From Mytilus trossulus (Eukaryota), in NCBI RefSeq assembly GCF_036588685.1, contig NC_086373.1, positions 109,430,001 through 109,494,000 of the forward strand: 64,000 nt of DNA. The letters are read 5' to 3'. The notes beneath the pieces are model-generated. The model made no database searches, had not been told where the DNA came from, and saw only the letters and a program-made list of their open reading frames with translations. The number at the start of each line of letters is the position of its first letter. Position 1 is the first letter of the stretch. Made by a program: the position numbers and the translations under genes. This document shows positions 27,801 through 39,684 of the stretch, piece by piece.

Positions 27801-30800
27801 AAACCTAATCTGTTCTGATGATAAAATGTTTACTTTGTCAGATTCCAGATAACTCTTAATGTCGGATAACTAATAATGCTGTACATGTTATAAAACTTTA
27901 TGCTCAGCGCTAGCTTCTCATTACTTTTCCCTCATATATTACAAACTAGATAATAAAATTGAGAATGGAAATGGGGAATGTGCCAAAGAGACAACAACCC
28001 GACCAAATAAAAAAAAAAAAACAACAGCAGAAGGTCACCAGATATATCTAATTTCATCTAATCTACTGCTTAAATTGTTACAAATAAGCTAAGTTAAATT
28101 ATTTATATTTTCTGTGTTTCGTTTCAATCAAACATTTAACAAAATTGATAAATGGTTTAATTTGTGTAGTGCAAATTCCCCCCCTTTTCATTGCCCCTTA
28201 TCTAAAACCCTCACTGTGTCGGATAGTTTCGTTGAATATATTTGACTGTTTTTTGTCTCCAAAAAGAATATTGGTACAATGTATTTTAAATTACTGACAA
28301 GGTGAACATAAAAAAAAATATTGCTTAACTCACGTCAAAGTTTGCTATGTATTCTAAACAAATTAAAATCGTAAAAATAATAATTTGTGTTTAACCCATT
28401 CAATACTGAAAAAGAATCTCACTAAAAATATGGCCAAATAAACAATTAAACTTCAGACATTTCTGCATCTTATGGTATCTATTTTATAAAAATCACTCGT
28501 AGACTTACTTGGTAATATTTTTTTGAAAAATACCGATTTAGTTCAAATGATCGGACATTTTTTGAGTAAGAATTCACTTTTGTCCTATGACTGTAAGCGT
28601 CATTTATCTTGAATTAATATTGAAAACGGACTAAAATTCTTTAGTTGTATTAATGTTGATATACAAATATCGCCATAATTCGCCATCCATAATAATTATT
28701 TAAAAAAATGTTTATTTGGCACGCCATACTCGATAAAAGTGCGGACGTGAAAGAAAGCACTCTTCTCGGTTTACGATACACTTACGATGATAAACACGAC
28801 GTAACTTGCGATCATTTTAGTAGTTCTTTACGATGCCTTTGTGAAACACACGTAACGGGAACGTAGAACCACACGTAAACTGATACGATCATCGTAAGTT
28901 AAGAAGGCTTTCTGAAACGGTGGCCAGAAGTTTGTCTTGTTGGGAACCATATTGTCTTACTGTATCAGCTGCAGAAGTATTTGTTCTTAAATCAAAATGG
29001 CAGGCATCTTGCACCATATCTCAAAGTTGGATTTTTTTATTTGGAAGGTTTGATGGATTACAAATTTATCTAGTTTCACTTTTTTTTTGTTTGATGATTG
29101 ATTAATGGAATTCAAAGAAAACAGATAGGTCAAACAGAAACAGAAAAAGTCGATGAGGAGTCTTTATCAAATATATGGATTGTCTAACCTGTCTATCATC
29201 CAAAATATACATCAATATAAAGTGTTAACAGAAGACCAACTGTCCAGGACATTGCAGCGGTACAGTTCTAAACTCTGAAGCATGCAGTACAAAGGGTCAT
29301 GCAGAAATTGTCAGAACATTGCTTAGAGCAATTCTTCACTTAACAGTTTATAAACCTGACAAGAAAATAGTTGCATATATGTATGAATGAAGGAGTAAAA
29401 ACCCCTTACCCTATTGGAACCTTTCTCCCCGTGGTTTGAGTTATTACTCTGACCAACTTCAGAAATACAACCTTGATCTGGATTACTGTCCTTATCAACT
29501 ACAGATATATCTTGTTCTGATGTATTTTGGTGTAGTACAGACACTTGTTCTTTGGTGTCTTTGGTCTGTACCTTATGGTACGGCATAAATAAAATTGGAC
29601 CTCAACTTCATTTTGATTTAAAATATTTTAGTGTTTACATAATTTTATATCTTTTTTTTTCCCTTTCACTCCACAGAGAGACACAATTCATTCTATGTTA
29701 CAGACCCTCATCCTCTCACTAATATATATGTTGCTTTTGGTTTGATTTTCCCTCATAAAAACCAATAATTTAATATTTTCAAATTTATATGAATGAATAA
29801 TTCCCTTTTTTGAAGCTTTTACATGATATTCAAAACAAATCCATTTCACTGGTAAAAATTGAACAGGACACTAGAGCAACCAAAATCTCATTTGGATAAA
29901 ACATAAATGTATTGTCAGAGAAAGTAAAGAAAGAATATGCATGTTAAATTGTAATAAGTGTAAACCTGACTACACAATTTAACCATGTAGATATAATACC
30001 TGATATGTTGAAGCACTAGCTAGTTGTTTATTGCCTTCATGGACTTGTATTTGTGCTGTCTCTACATTAGCTTCTATACTATCTGTAATATAAATCAGAA
30101 ACAATTACATATGTTTGTTGAATACAGTAATGGCATATGATTGAGAAACATGTTATCTGTTATATAAACATCTCTTGAAGTCAGCAATAATATAATTTTC
30201 ATATTTAGGGGAAACAACCTTATCCATTTTCAATACTTGCCTATCACCTTGTTTATAGACCAGTGATCTAAGTTATGATTTATAAGTTAAGTTATAAAGC
30301 ATATATATGTAATATATTGAAGTCTGTACTTTGACCTTATATGGTTGAACTTTACAAATTGTGACTTGGATAGAGAGATGTCTAATTGGGTCTCATACCA
30401 CATCTTCTTATACTGTGAAGTATTTTTATTCATGTGGTACCAAATTTCATGGTTTTCGTGGATGTCTTTATCCACAAATTTAAGTGTTCAACGAAATAAA
30501 ACAACCATTGTCCAAATCAAGACATGGAAAGATCACCATCGGTAGATTTGACTACTGATATGATCTAGAGAATATATTGAATAACACCAAATCTGAGAAT
30601 ATTTTTATTCTGAGAGCAGTTTAATTTAGGTGACATGTTTATTGCCTAATTAACACCTTTCATTGGTCTTTAATCTGTTGATCACTTTATCATGGGTTAA
30701 TTAGTGTTATCATTACGATTTACACGTGTCAATGTTTACTTTGCAATTTCCTTCAATCCAGACTACCGTATAGCGGGTTATTTTCGCGGGGTGTTTATTT

Positions 30801-33800
30801 TCGCTTATTTTGGCGGATAAATGAAAATCATGAAAATAAATTCCGCGAAATTTTATGCATACGTTCGGTACTATCTCAACTCTAAAGTGAGAACGATAAT
30901 TTTTTTCCGGTCGGCAGGTCAATAACGGAATAGTTTAGTTTAACATTATAAATTCCAAAGGGCATTGTACATACATGTATTTTATAAAATCACGTCGTGA
31001 GTTTTAATTAAACTGAGTTTCTTTTTCACACATGTAAAAATATCAGTTGTTCATTAAAGTCCGAAGACTTAAATTTCTTTAAACCTAAGAAAATAATACC
31101 GGCTGAGAATTCTGAACTTGCTAAAATATTGTTTCCAATTACCAAATGTTTTTATTGTTACTATTAAAATCATCATTTCTTTTAATTTCTTGTATTTATA
31201 CAGAACTTCAACACAGATGTTTCCAATATTTTCTTCCTGTCAATTTATACAACTTTTTTTAACTGCAATGATTTTAGGAACCGCCAAAATATTTTATTGG
31301 GAATTATAAATCCGCCAAAATTTTTCGTATACCTTGTTGCCCCTCAATCGCAAAAATTTACACCCGCGAAAAAATCCCGCTATACGGTATTAGTAACCTT
31401 CGTGTTTATAAAGGCTTTAATTTTTAATTTTTATTTAGAAAATTAAAATCCACGAATTTAAAAACCCAGGAACATGTAAATATTGCTCAATCCACAAAAA
31501 TTGATACCCACGAATTAAAGTACTTTCACAGTATGTACTATTTTGTACCAAGACTATGGTAAATGAACATAACTCTTTTTCTTTATTTAATCTTACTGAA
31601 TATACAACTTGGACCATGATAGGAATTTTTTAAAGATTAGATTGAAATAGCATGTAACAAATGTTCATTGATAAAACATAAATAAGAATCAGGGGAAGTA
31701 ACTCTATCAAAACTCACCTAACATATCACCTTGTTCATGGACCAGCATGCCAAGATCTTTAAAGATGTGGTTGACATCTGTTATATCACGCTGAAAGAGA
31801 TACAATAAATTGATATATCAGAATTGTATCTATGATTGTTGGAAAATCTTTGTGTCAATTACAAACACAATCAAATGAACAGACTTATAGACATAACCTG
31901 ATTGCACTAGTTTCATTAATCAATAGTGGTTAAAAAATAGTGTCTTTCCAGTTGCCCGACTGACCCTAATCTATAGACTTTAGCTGTAACTATTTTTGAA
32001 AAAAAAAAAAAACTCCAAAAAACTTTAAATTTCACTATGATTCGAAACAAAAATTTGTTTCTAATTAGTGTGCTTGGTTTGGCTGATAAAATCCGACCAT
32101 AAACAAATGTGTATGTCAGTTTAACAATCTTAAACATTTAAACATCTGATCAAGGAATTTTATGATGAGATCTCAGAAAAATAAGGATCTGATCAACGGA
32201 CACTACTTTTTTGAAGGCATGTAACAGGAAATACATATATGTTTTTTAAATAGATTTGACTTCCTTGCAGTAATCAGTATGATATATTTACTTTTAAGAA
32301 AGACTTATTTACTAACCTCTAACTGTTTGATAGCATTTTCTCGTTCTTGAATCATTTCTAAATCAACATCTTCCTCCATTACTAAGACTTGTTTTGTTTG
32401 TGAAAATCTGAAAATGATATGTATAAAAATATATAACAGAAACAGTTGAACAACCATGATATTCAGTCAATCAGGTAAGAGTTAAAGTAGAGGTTATAAT
32501 AATCAAACAGCTGTCATCACAATGTGTTTCTGAGAATTAATTTGCTCTTAAAATGTACTTGTGACTCTGTATGCTCCTGTAAGAGTTCATCTTTGTATCT
32601 ATACTTGAAACTTTATGAAAATTAAAAATCTTATTTCAAATTTACAATTGATAATTTATCTTTAAACCCATGTGTTCTGAATTCAACATTTCATCCAAAT
32701 ATTTATGAACCCAGAGTCAAATACAATTAATAATGTCTTGACTGATTGCAAGATCTTTATGTGATGTGAAAATTAGTAACATAACAACATGACATGTTAT
32801 GGCCAATAGAAAAATAAATTATAATCCTAAAAAGTCTACAAACATAAAGAGCGACCAACAAAACAATATAAATACATTCTTTAAACCTACCCAGGTGATG
32901 TAAAATCTTCCTGTGGTTCATCTTCAAATGGATACTGAAATCAAATTAATATTTATTTAGTTAGGCATATATTCATATATAGAACAATACAAATTATAAA
33001 AAATTGTAAGTAAAAAAACAAAAATTACAAATGCTAACAAATTATCAAAATACATTTATTAATATTTGTCTTTTCTTAAATTCCATTATCTAAAATATAA
33101 ACAACATTTTCAGTACTTCATAACTAAAGTTTATATATAGCTCTATTGTTCCAGGTGAGAATAGTACCTGTTAAAACCTTTAAACCCATCTGTTTGCACC
33201 TGTCATAAGTCAGGAGCCTGATATTCAGTGGATGTCGTTAATTTATTGGTTTAATAAATGTTTCTCGTTTCTTGTTTTTTTATATAGATTAGACCGTTGG
33301 TTTTCTGCTTGAAGAGTTTTACACTTGTCATTTTGGGGGCCATTTATAGCTTGCTGTTTGGTGTGAGCCAAGGCTTCATTTTGAAGAATGTTCTTTGACC
33401 TATAAAGGTTTACTTTTACAAATTATGACTTGGATAGAGAGTTTTCTCATTGGCACTTATACCACATCTTCTCATATCTATATACATAATATTTTGTTTT
33501 CTAGTTTACTACTTGTTCACAGTGTATGTCAATTTTCATTTTCAGATTAAACAAAAAGTTGTATAAAATCAGGATACAAATTGTTTAAAATTCATATCCC
33601 TACCAATCGAGGTAAAATATGAGGCAAAATCAATATGAATTATGATTCAAACAATAAATGGTATACCTTTGTTGTTGATGAATGTGCCCTTGCTCTGGCT
33701 ACACTTGCTTTCTCCTTCTCTGCAGCAGTCCTTTGTGTCGTCTGGAAGTTGGTTAATGCATTACTAAATTCTTCTGTATATCGGTCTTTCTGCATCTTCC

Positions 33801-36124
33801 ATTTTGACTTAATAAAAATAATTTATCTCAATTTAGTGAACAGATTATAAAGCTGAAGGAACAAAATATTCACCAAACAATATTGATCGTTATTTTGTTT
33901 ATATTACACCTTGCTTACTATTCCAAATTTATTTGTAATGATTGTGGACAGTCAGACACATTTCCATATCCCCAACTCTGCCTGGTGGAAGGGAGCAGTA
34001 ATTTAACTTTATAATTACAATATATCAGAAGTGTAACAACTTTTTACCTGATCTGCTGGTGATACATGTAATCTTGCAAATGACTTCAGATCTACATTTG
34101 TTTCTTTGGCTAGCTGGTTGGTGTAATGTGTTAGCTGATGCCTGTAAAATAATTAAAACCAGACAATATATCAGTTTTAATATTGATAAACCTCCCATCT
34201 CTTCATAACTGTATGTTGTATTTTAATAGACATTGTACTGACTACTGAGTATGTCAATTTTTTGTGTTTTGTCTAAAGTTTGATGTTCTGAATTCAGCAA
34301 TTAAGATTTAAAATTTGTAATTCATCGATAGTTAGCACTGAAATTTTTGGATTATCAAATCCAAAATGTGGCACACCACATATTACACTTTGGAATTTAC
34401 TGCTGGTGAATATATTCATTTTGTTCTTTCATTTTGAAGCATCCTAGGACTATAACTAACGATGAGTAAAGTTCCTTACACTCTATCTCTGGAGTCTTGA
34501 GAGTCTTGTGAAGTTCCAATAACACCAACAAGTCTCTGGATCTGGGATACTGGAAAATAACATTTATATTAAATATAGGGAGCCTCAATTCTATAGAATG
34601 TTCCTAACATGTGGCAATACAAAAATTCTGCCTCAGACCTAGCAGGGTTAAATATAGATTCTAACATTGATACCAGTGGATTATCGGATTTATCCAATCG
34701 AGATAGTTAAATTATCAATTTTAAAGTCCGAGCCGCCTCGGCGAGGACTTTAAAATTTATAATTTAACTATCGAGATAAATTCACTTACAATGCATTATA
34801 GTATTACATGTTTTATGTTTATCCTTTGGTGATTTGATGGGTGAAGGATTCATGCCATATCCTACAGATTATACTGGATATCTATTTGTTTTCTGTGTAA
34901 TATACATGTACTTGTTTACTCACCATTCTGTGTTATTTTCTGTATATTACTTCCAACAGTATTTGACAATCGGTTAAACTCACTTCCTCCTTCAGAACCT
35001 GTTAAATCATAATATTTGTAGAAATGGATTTTTACTAAACACCTCGAACATTTACATGTGGAATGAAAAAGGTGCTTGTATTCATAACAAAGAATCACAG
35101 CACACTTACAAAAACAGTACTTTTATAGTTTCTTGCTGTTATTTATGTAAATGTCAACCGTAACATCACAACATAACACTAGAGAAGGACACAGTAAATG
35201 ACATACACATTTACATTTTCACACAATTTACAAATTGAATGAATTATTTTACATTTACAAATTGAATGAATTAAAAGTCAATACTAAGTACCATCCCTAA
35301 TGCAATTTCTTATTATGTCACATTACTGTGAATTACCCATTTGTAATCAAAACATGTTAATTATGAAAGTATAAGAACAATTATTTTTTCTTTAATGACC
35401 GTACAATGCTGGCATATCCAATCAATATATACATGTACAACATGTATGAGAAAATGATAATGAATTCTGTGTCCCTTGATCATGTATGCCCCTATATTTT
35501 TACAGTTATGTCTACGAATATAGTCCCTAATGCGAACAGCGTTTTACATTTGGTTCATACACCTTTCAATTTATTTTCTTCTTTTTCAATATTTTATACT
35601 GCAGGGTTCGTTACTCATGCTGTGTGGAGTCAGTAGAATGTGTTCCCATGCCTGTAGTAATGCCCTTATATTTTTACAGTTATGCAGTATGGGCTTTGCT
35701 CATTGTTGAAGGCCCTATGGTGACCTATAGGTGTTAATTTGTGTGTCATTTTGGTCTCATGTGGATGAGTTGTGTCATTGGCAATCATACCACATCTTCT
35801 TTTTCATATTGTATGATAATTTATCAAGAATTAGTATTCACATTGTACCATAAAATGCCTTATTTTCCTTAATAATTTACAAGCATGAGAGACTTTACAT
35901 AACATACATTTGTATGTTCGATCAATTCAATTAACCTCTGGCTTCATTCCCAGATTTTTTTACCTTAAATATAAACACATTTTTATTCTTTAAAACAAGG
36001 ACGTACATGTGTATGTGTCCTTGTTTAAAAGAAGTACTGTAATCATTGTATACATTGTACCTCTACTAGAACCGGCTTGATATGAAGAAAATCCATCAAA
36101 TTCTCCTCTACCATAGGCAGCCAT
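21887..36124 (-). CDS. STX12: Syntaxin-7/12-like endosomal Qa-SNARE, 10 coding exons, 276 aa
   Basis: Exons (minus): 36124-36061, 34998-34924, 34549-34480, 34141-34048, 33807-33667, 32934-32891, 32407-32317, 31790-31718, 30082-30000, 21982-21887. All introns are GT-AG with compatible phases (831 nt). Habc region (SNIQKITQN...YTNQLAKET...QKDRYTEEFSNALTNFQTTQRTAAEKEK), SNARE motif ([44 protein letters not shown]) and C-terminal TM anchor (KARRKKCICLVIVFVIIAVVAIILIVTLKK*). STX7 versus STX12 cannot be resolved by eye. Confidence 0.92.
22276..28924. mobile_element. Non-autonomous PIF/Harbinger-type element, 6.65 kb including nested insertions, in the last coding intron of syntaxin
   Basis: TIR GCCACCGTTTCA(C/G)AAAGCCTTC at both ends, 3-bp TSD CAG (22273-22275 and 28925-28927), repeated subterminal TCGTAA/TTACGA motifs, no transposase ORF. 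Confidence 0.85.
22721..25349. mobile_element. Second non-autonomous PIF/Harbinger-type element nested in the first
   Basis: Perfect 19-bp TIR GCCCCGGCGCCATAAAACT, TSD CTG (22718-22720 and 25350-25352), subterminal CTCAG/CTGAG motif arrays. Confidence 0.88.
30413..31531. mobile_element. TA-flanked MITE (Tc1/mariner-type), outer element
   Basis: TA|CTGTGAAGTATTTTTATTCATG ... CACGAATTAAAGTACTTTCACAG|TA, imperfect TIRs. Confidence 0.6.
30766..31387. mobile_element. TA-flanked MITE nested in the previous element
   Basis: TA|CCGTATAGCGGGTTATTTTCGCGGGGTGT ... ACACCCGCGAAAAAATCCCGCTATACGG|TA. Confidence 0.8.
34702..34772. repeat. Short foldback palindrome (Crypton-like) in a syntaxin intron
   Basis: 28-bp arms GATAGTTAAATTATCAATTTTAAAGTCC and GGACTTTAAAATTTATAATTTAACTATC around GAGCCGCCTCGGCGA. 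Confidence 0.6.
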
Positions 36125-36254
36125 CTTTTTAAGGTTGAATTATTTTGATCTTATACTAAATAAAAACAAAAAAATGCAAATAAATCACTTTTGCTTCTAG
36201 ATTCAGATTAAATTAAGCGCAGAAGTATTAAAAATATTGTATTAATCAGGGCCA

Positions 36255-36450
36255 TTCAGGCGTGAACTCATGCTGCAGGTGCTCTTGGCAAGTTAACAGA
36301 CTCAGGGGTGAACTCATGCTGCAGGTGCACTTGGCAAGTTAACAGATTCGGGGGTGAACTTACATTGTATGCTGCAGGTGCTCTTGACAAGTTAACAGAT
36401 TCAGGGGTGAACTCATGCTGCAGGTGCTCTTGGCAAGTTAACAGATTCTG
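36255..36450. repeat. Four-unit ~46-bp minisatellite
   Basis: CAGGGGTGAACTCATGCTGCAGGTGCTCTTGGCAAGTTAACAGATT repeated four times with small indels. Confidence 0.85.
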
Positions 36451-37155
36451 TTCCATTTGTAATTATCTGTCAGGGCTCTCTCTTATGTCAAAATTCAATC
36501 TCAGGGTTTAGCAAAGAAGCAGCAATTTTGAATACCAATTTTCTAATCTTTAATATGACGTTGTCCTGGTTAAACCCATGACCTCCCAGACTGGAGGTAA
36601 GGCCAATACCTTTTCCCTTGATATTGGGACTTCCTAGTTTGATGATAGAAAATGTTTGATGCAGATATAAATATATTTTTGGTATTTAGCTGAATTTTGT
36701 CTCCAAATGACTTTAGATTTCATCTGCACCTAATTACCCTCTGACGTCACGCAGCTAATAATCATTTTTAATTCTGAGTAAAATTTTTTGAAATGAGGTG
36801 TCAAAGTTTGTGGGTACCTGTATGATTTTACGTAATCAGGTAATGGCGGACAAATTTTCATACAAGTGTTAATATGTCTATTGTTCCAACCATACACCTT
36901 ATCACTATTTCCGGCTGACCTGGGTGCTTAAACTTTTGATGTCATACAACAATCACTTTTCCATTGTGCATTTCGTGGCGTCAGATATTTTGTTTTAGCC
37001 ATCAAAATTTTACAGGAACCTGTATAATATCCAGTAATGGCAGACAAATATCGATAAGGTGTATTAAAGTTTATTATGTGAATTAAGTCATCAGACAGAT
37101 ATTTTATACAATTATTGTAAGATGAATTTGTACATGCCATACTACTACTGTACAT

Positions 37156-37270
37156 TAGCTGCAGAACTGTAGCTTTTTGGTCTTTGTGTTATTTTTTTTA
37201 CTATTTTGCGGACCGTCCACAAATAGTCAAAATATAACATAAGGACCTAAGAGCTATGGTTCCGCAGCTG
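37156..37270. mobile_element. About 115-bp foldback MITE
   Basis: TAGCTGCAGAACTGTAGCT...AGCTATGGTTCCGCAGCTG is self-complementary over its whole length and flanked by TACAT on both sides. Confidence 0.6.
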
Positions 37271-37685
37271 TACATATTATACCTCTGACTGTTTGACATT
37301 TCACCTTTTTGAAATTACTTAGAAACTGACAAGATAATATTATAAAATAGAAATATGTCGAGGTCCCCTTGGTTTTATAAAGAAGTTTTCTTTTTACATT
37401 AGTTTGCCTTTACAAAAACAGCACGAAATTCGTTTAAGGCTAAGTTATTTATAAACTGATCAAAACATAAACAGAAACGGAGCTAAAGCTAAATCACCTA
37501 CTATCTGTATGTGCCGCAATCTTTCTTATTTTACAGCTAAACGTTAAGGTAAATAAGAGATAGAATGATTATGATATGGTTTAAAATTTTAGACATTACT
37601 CATAATGATATGACCAATATATTTTTAGAAGAAGCATAATTTTATGCTTCCGTACACACCTCTCAGTAGTGAACCTCCATAATGG

Positions 37686-37693
37686 TGACGTCA
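37686..37693. promoter_or_regulatory. Palindromic CRE (TGACGTCA) in the likely syntaxin promoter region
   Basis: Perfect TGACGTCA about 190 bp upstream (minus sense) of a candidate non-coding first-exon donor near 37496-37501. A second TGACGTCA lies at 36742-36749. Confidence 0.35.
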
Positions 37694-37743
37694 TATAAGA
37701 GGGATAACTCTAGCGCGAAACAAGGCCAAGCATATAAAAAACA

Positions 37744-38991
37744 TCTCTGCAAAAAAGCTTCCAAGGCAATGTTTTGCATTAGAAAGCTCCTATTCTCAGA
37801 TAGACTTAATATCTATCCACATTTAAAACTGTTTGAAAGTTGTTTAAAACCTATACTACTTTATTGCAGTGAAAGATGGGCACTTAATATGTTAGTTAAA
37901 GATAATTCCAGTCTTGAATGTAGATATTTGTCTTTTTTACCATCAAAAATCCAAATACAATTTGCTAAATATCTTGTTGGTGTAAATAAAGCTGCAGTAA
38001 ACACAGCAGTTTTAGCAGAAATAGGTATGTTACCTATTGCTATTGATGCTGTTAAGGCTTCGGTGGCTATTGGTGCCATTTGATAAATGCAAAAAAAGAT
38101 AGTTATGCTTCAAATGCCTATAAATGTAGTTAGAATTTAAATAATGGTTTTGCGGTCAAATTAAAAAATGCTCTTATAAAAATAGGGTTTAATCATGTAT
38201 GGGAAAATCAATGTACATTCTCTAAGAAATGCCTTATAAAATCTGTAGGTAAAAAATTAGCTGAAATGTATACAGATTTCTGGAAAGACAGTCTTTTTAA
38301 CGACCAAAATAACCCAAATGGAAACAAATTACGAACATACAGAAAATTAAAAAAAGAATACAAATTAGATTTTTTTTATTAATAGATTTAGATCGATACA
38401 TGATATCAAATTTTATAAAAATAAGAATAAGTAATAGTTATCTAAATATTGAACAGGGTAGACACCGTAAATTACCGTTGGAAAAAAGATTATGTCCTCT
38501 CTGTAAACAGGATGTAGAAGATGAATATCATTTTACTTTAAAATGTCAAATTTTAGAAAAATGTAGGCAAAAACTTTTTCAAGAATTAGAAAATATAATT
38601 CCTGATTTCACCAAAATGTCTGATGAGGAAAAATTTGTATTTATGTTTACTTTTAATGAATATGACGTAACTAAAATTATTGTCAACGGAGTAAATGATT
38701 TATATGTATTAAGAAACAGCCTAGCTGATAAGAAAAACTAGTGTACGTATAATTTCTTATAGTATTTGTAATGATATATTTTATAACAATTGCATTAATA
38801 TGAATGTTTGTACTTCGACTTTTAATTTGCAAAGGTATCACCTCCTCCAAAACATTTAAATATATAGTCTTATAAGAATATCAATGTTGTTTAAATTTAT
38901 ATTTTATGTTAGTAATGATTGTCATGTTTGTCCTGGTAACAATCCAATATTTGGATTTTACACCAATAAAATGATTTGATTTGATTTGATT
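37744..38991 (+). mobile_element. 5'-truncated, frameshifted non-LTR retrotransposon (3' part of ORF2, RTEX-like C-terminus)
   Basis: Post-RT region (LKLFESCLKPILLYCSERW), KLRTY motif, and cysteine motif RISNSYLNIEQGR..RLCPLC..VEDEYHFTLKC. Ends in AATAAA plus an (ATTTG)n tail. TSD TATAAAAAACA at 37733-37743 and 38992-39002. Confidence 0.85.
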
Positions 38992-39390
38992 TATAAAAAA
39001 CAAGTATTAGCTTTCTAAAAAAATCCGTAAGATTTTAGCATAGATAGATCTTTTTAAAGACACTTAAAGGGCACTAGCTACGAGATACATAAAATCAAAA
39101 GTATGGGTTTTTTGTTCACTCACTGAAAGTGAAAAAGTGAAATAATTATTCGCTTAAATTAGCAGCAGTAAATGGGCGTATAAAAACCTGAAAAACTTCA
39201 TTTTTTCAGTACCGAAATGGGAAAAATGTAATAACGCAGTTCTAACTCGTCACCTTAAAATTGAAGATATTAAAACTCTTCAATTATATTGTTCTTTCCT
39301 CCGGTTAGATTTTGTTATCTCATTACATTTATTTTATAAGCAAAGGACAACTCTGGATGAAAAGTTATCCGCTATTAGACAACACTAATT

Positions 39391-39684
39391 GTTATGTCCC
39401 ACCTACGATAGTAGAGGGGCATTATGTTTTCTGGTCTGTGCGTCTATTCGTTCGTCTGTTCGTTTATTTGTCCATTTGTCTCGCTTTAGGTCCAAGGTTT
39501 TTGGCCAAGGTATTTTTTTATGAAGTTAAAGTCCGAACAACTTGAAACTTAGAATTTGTGTGCCCTATAATGTAATATTTCTATTTTAATGCCAAATAAA
39601 GATTTTATCATAATTTAACGGTCCACTGAACATAGAAAATGATAGTGCGAGTTGGGCATCCGTGTACTATGGTCACGACATCTA
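39391..39684 (+). mobile_element. Helentron-associated non-autonomous element (HINE; pearl/MgE-like)
   Basis: Subterminal inverted repeats ATGTCCCAC...GGGGCAT near the 5' end and TTGGGCAT near the 3' end, a (GTCY/GTTC)n microsatellite, and a short 3' hairpin. Confidence 0.65.

Noticed and set aside
28500-28690. Possible decayed first exon of a Harbinger gene (minus)
   Set aside because: Stops in the candidate frames and no transposase or Myb motif recognisable.
37682-38741. 133-aa and 113-aa ORFs as host genes
   Set aside because: Broken pieces of a truncated LINE ORF2; the first ATG lies outside the TSD.
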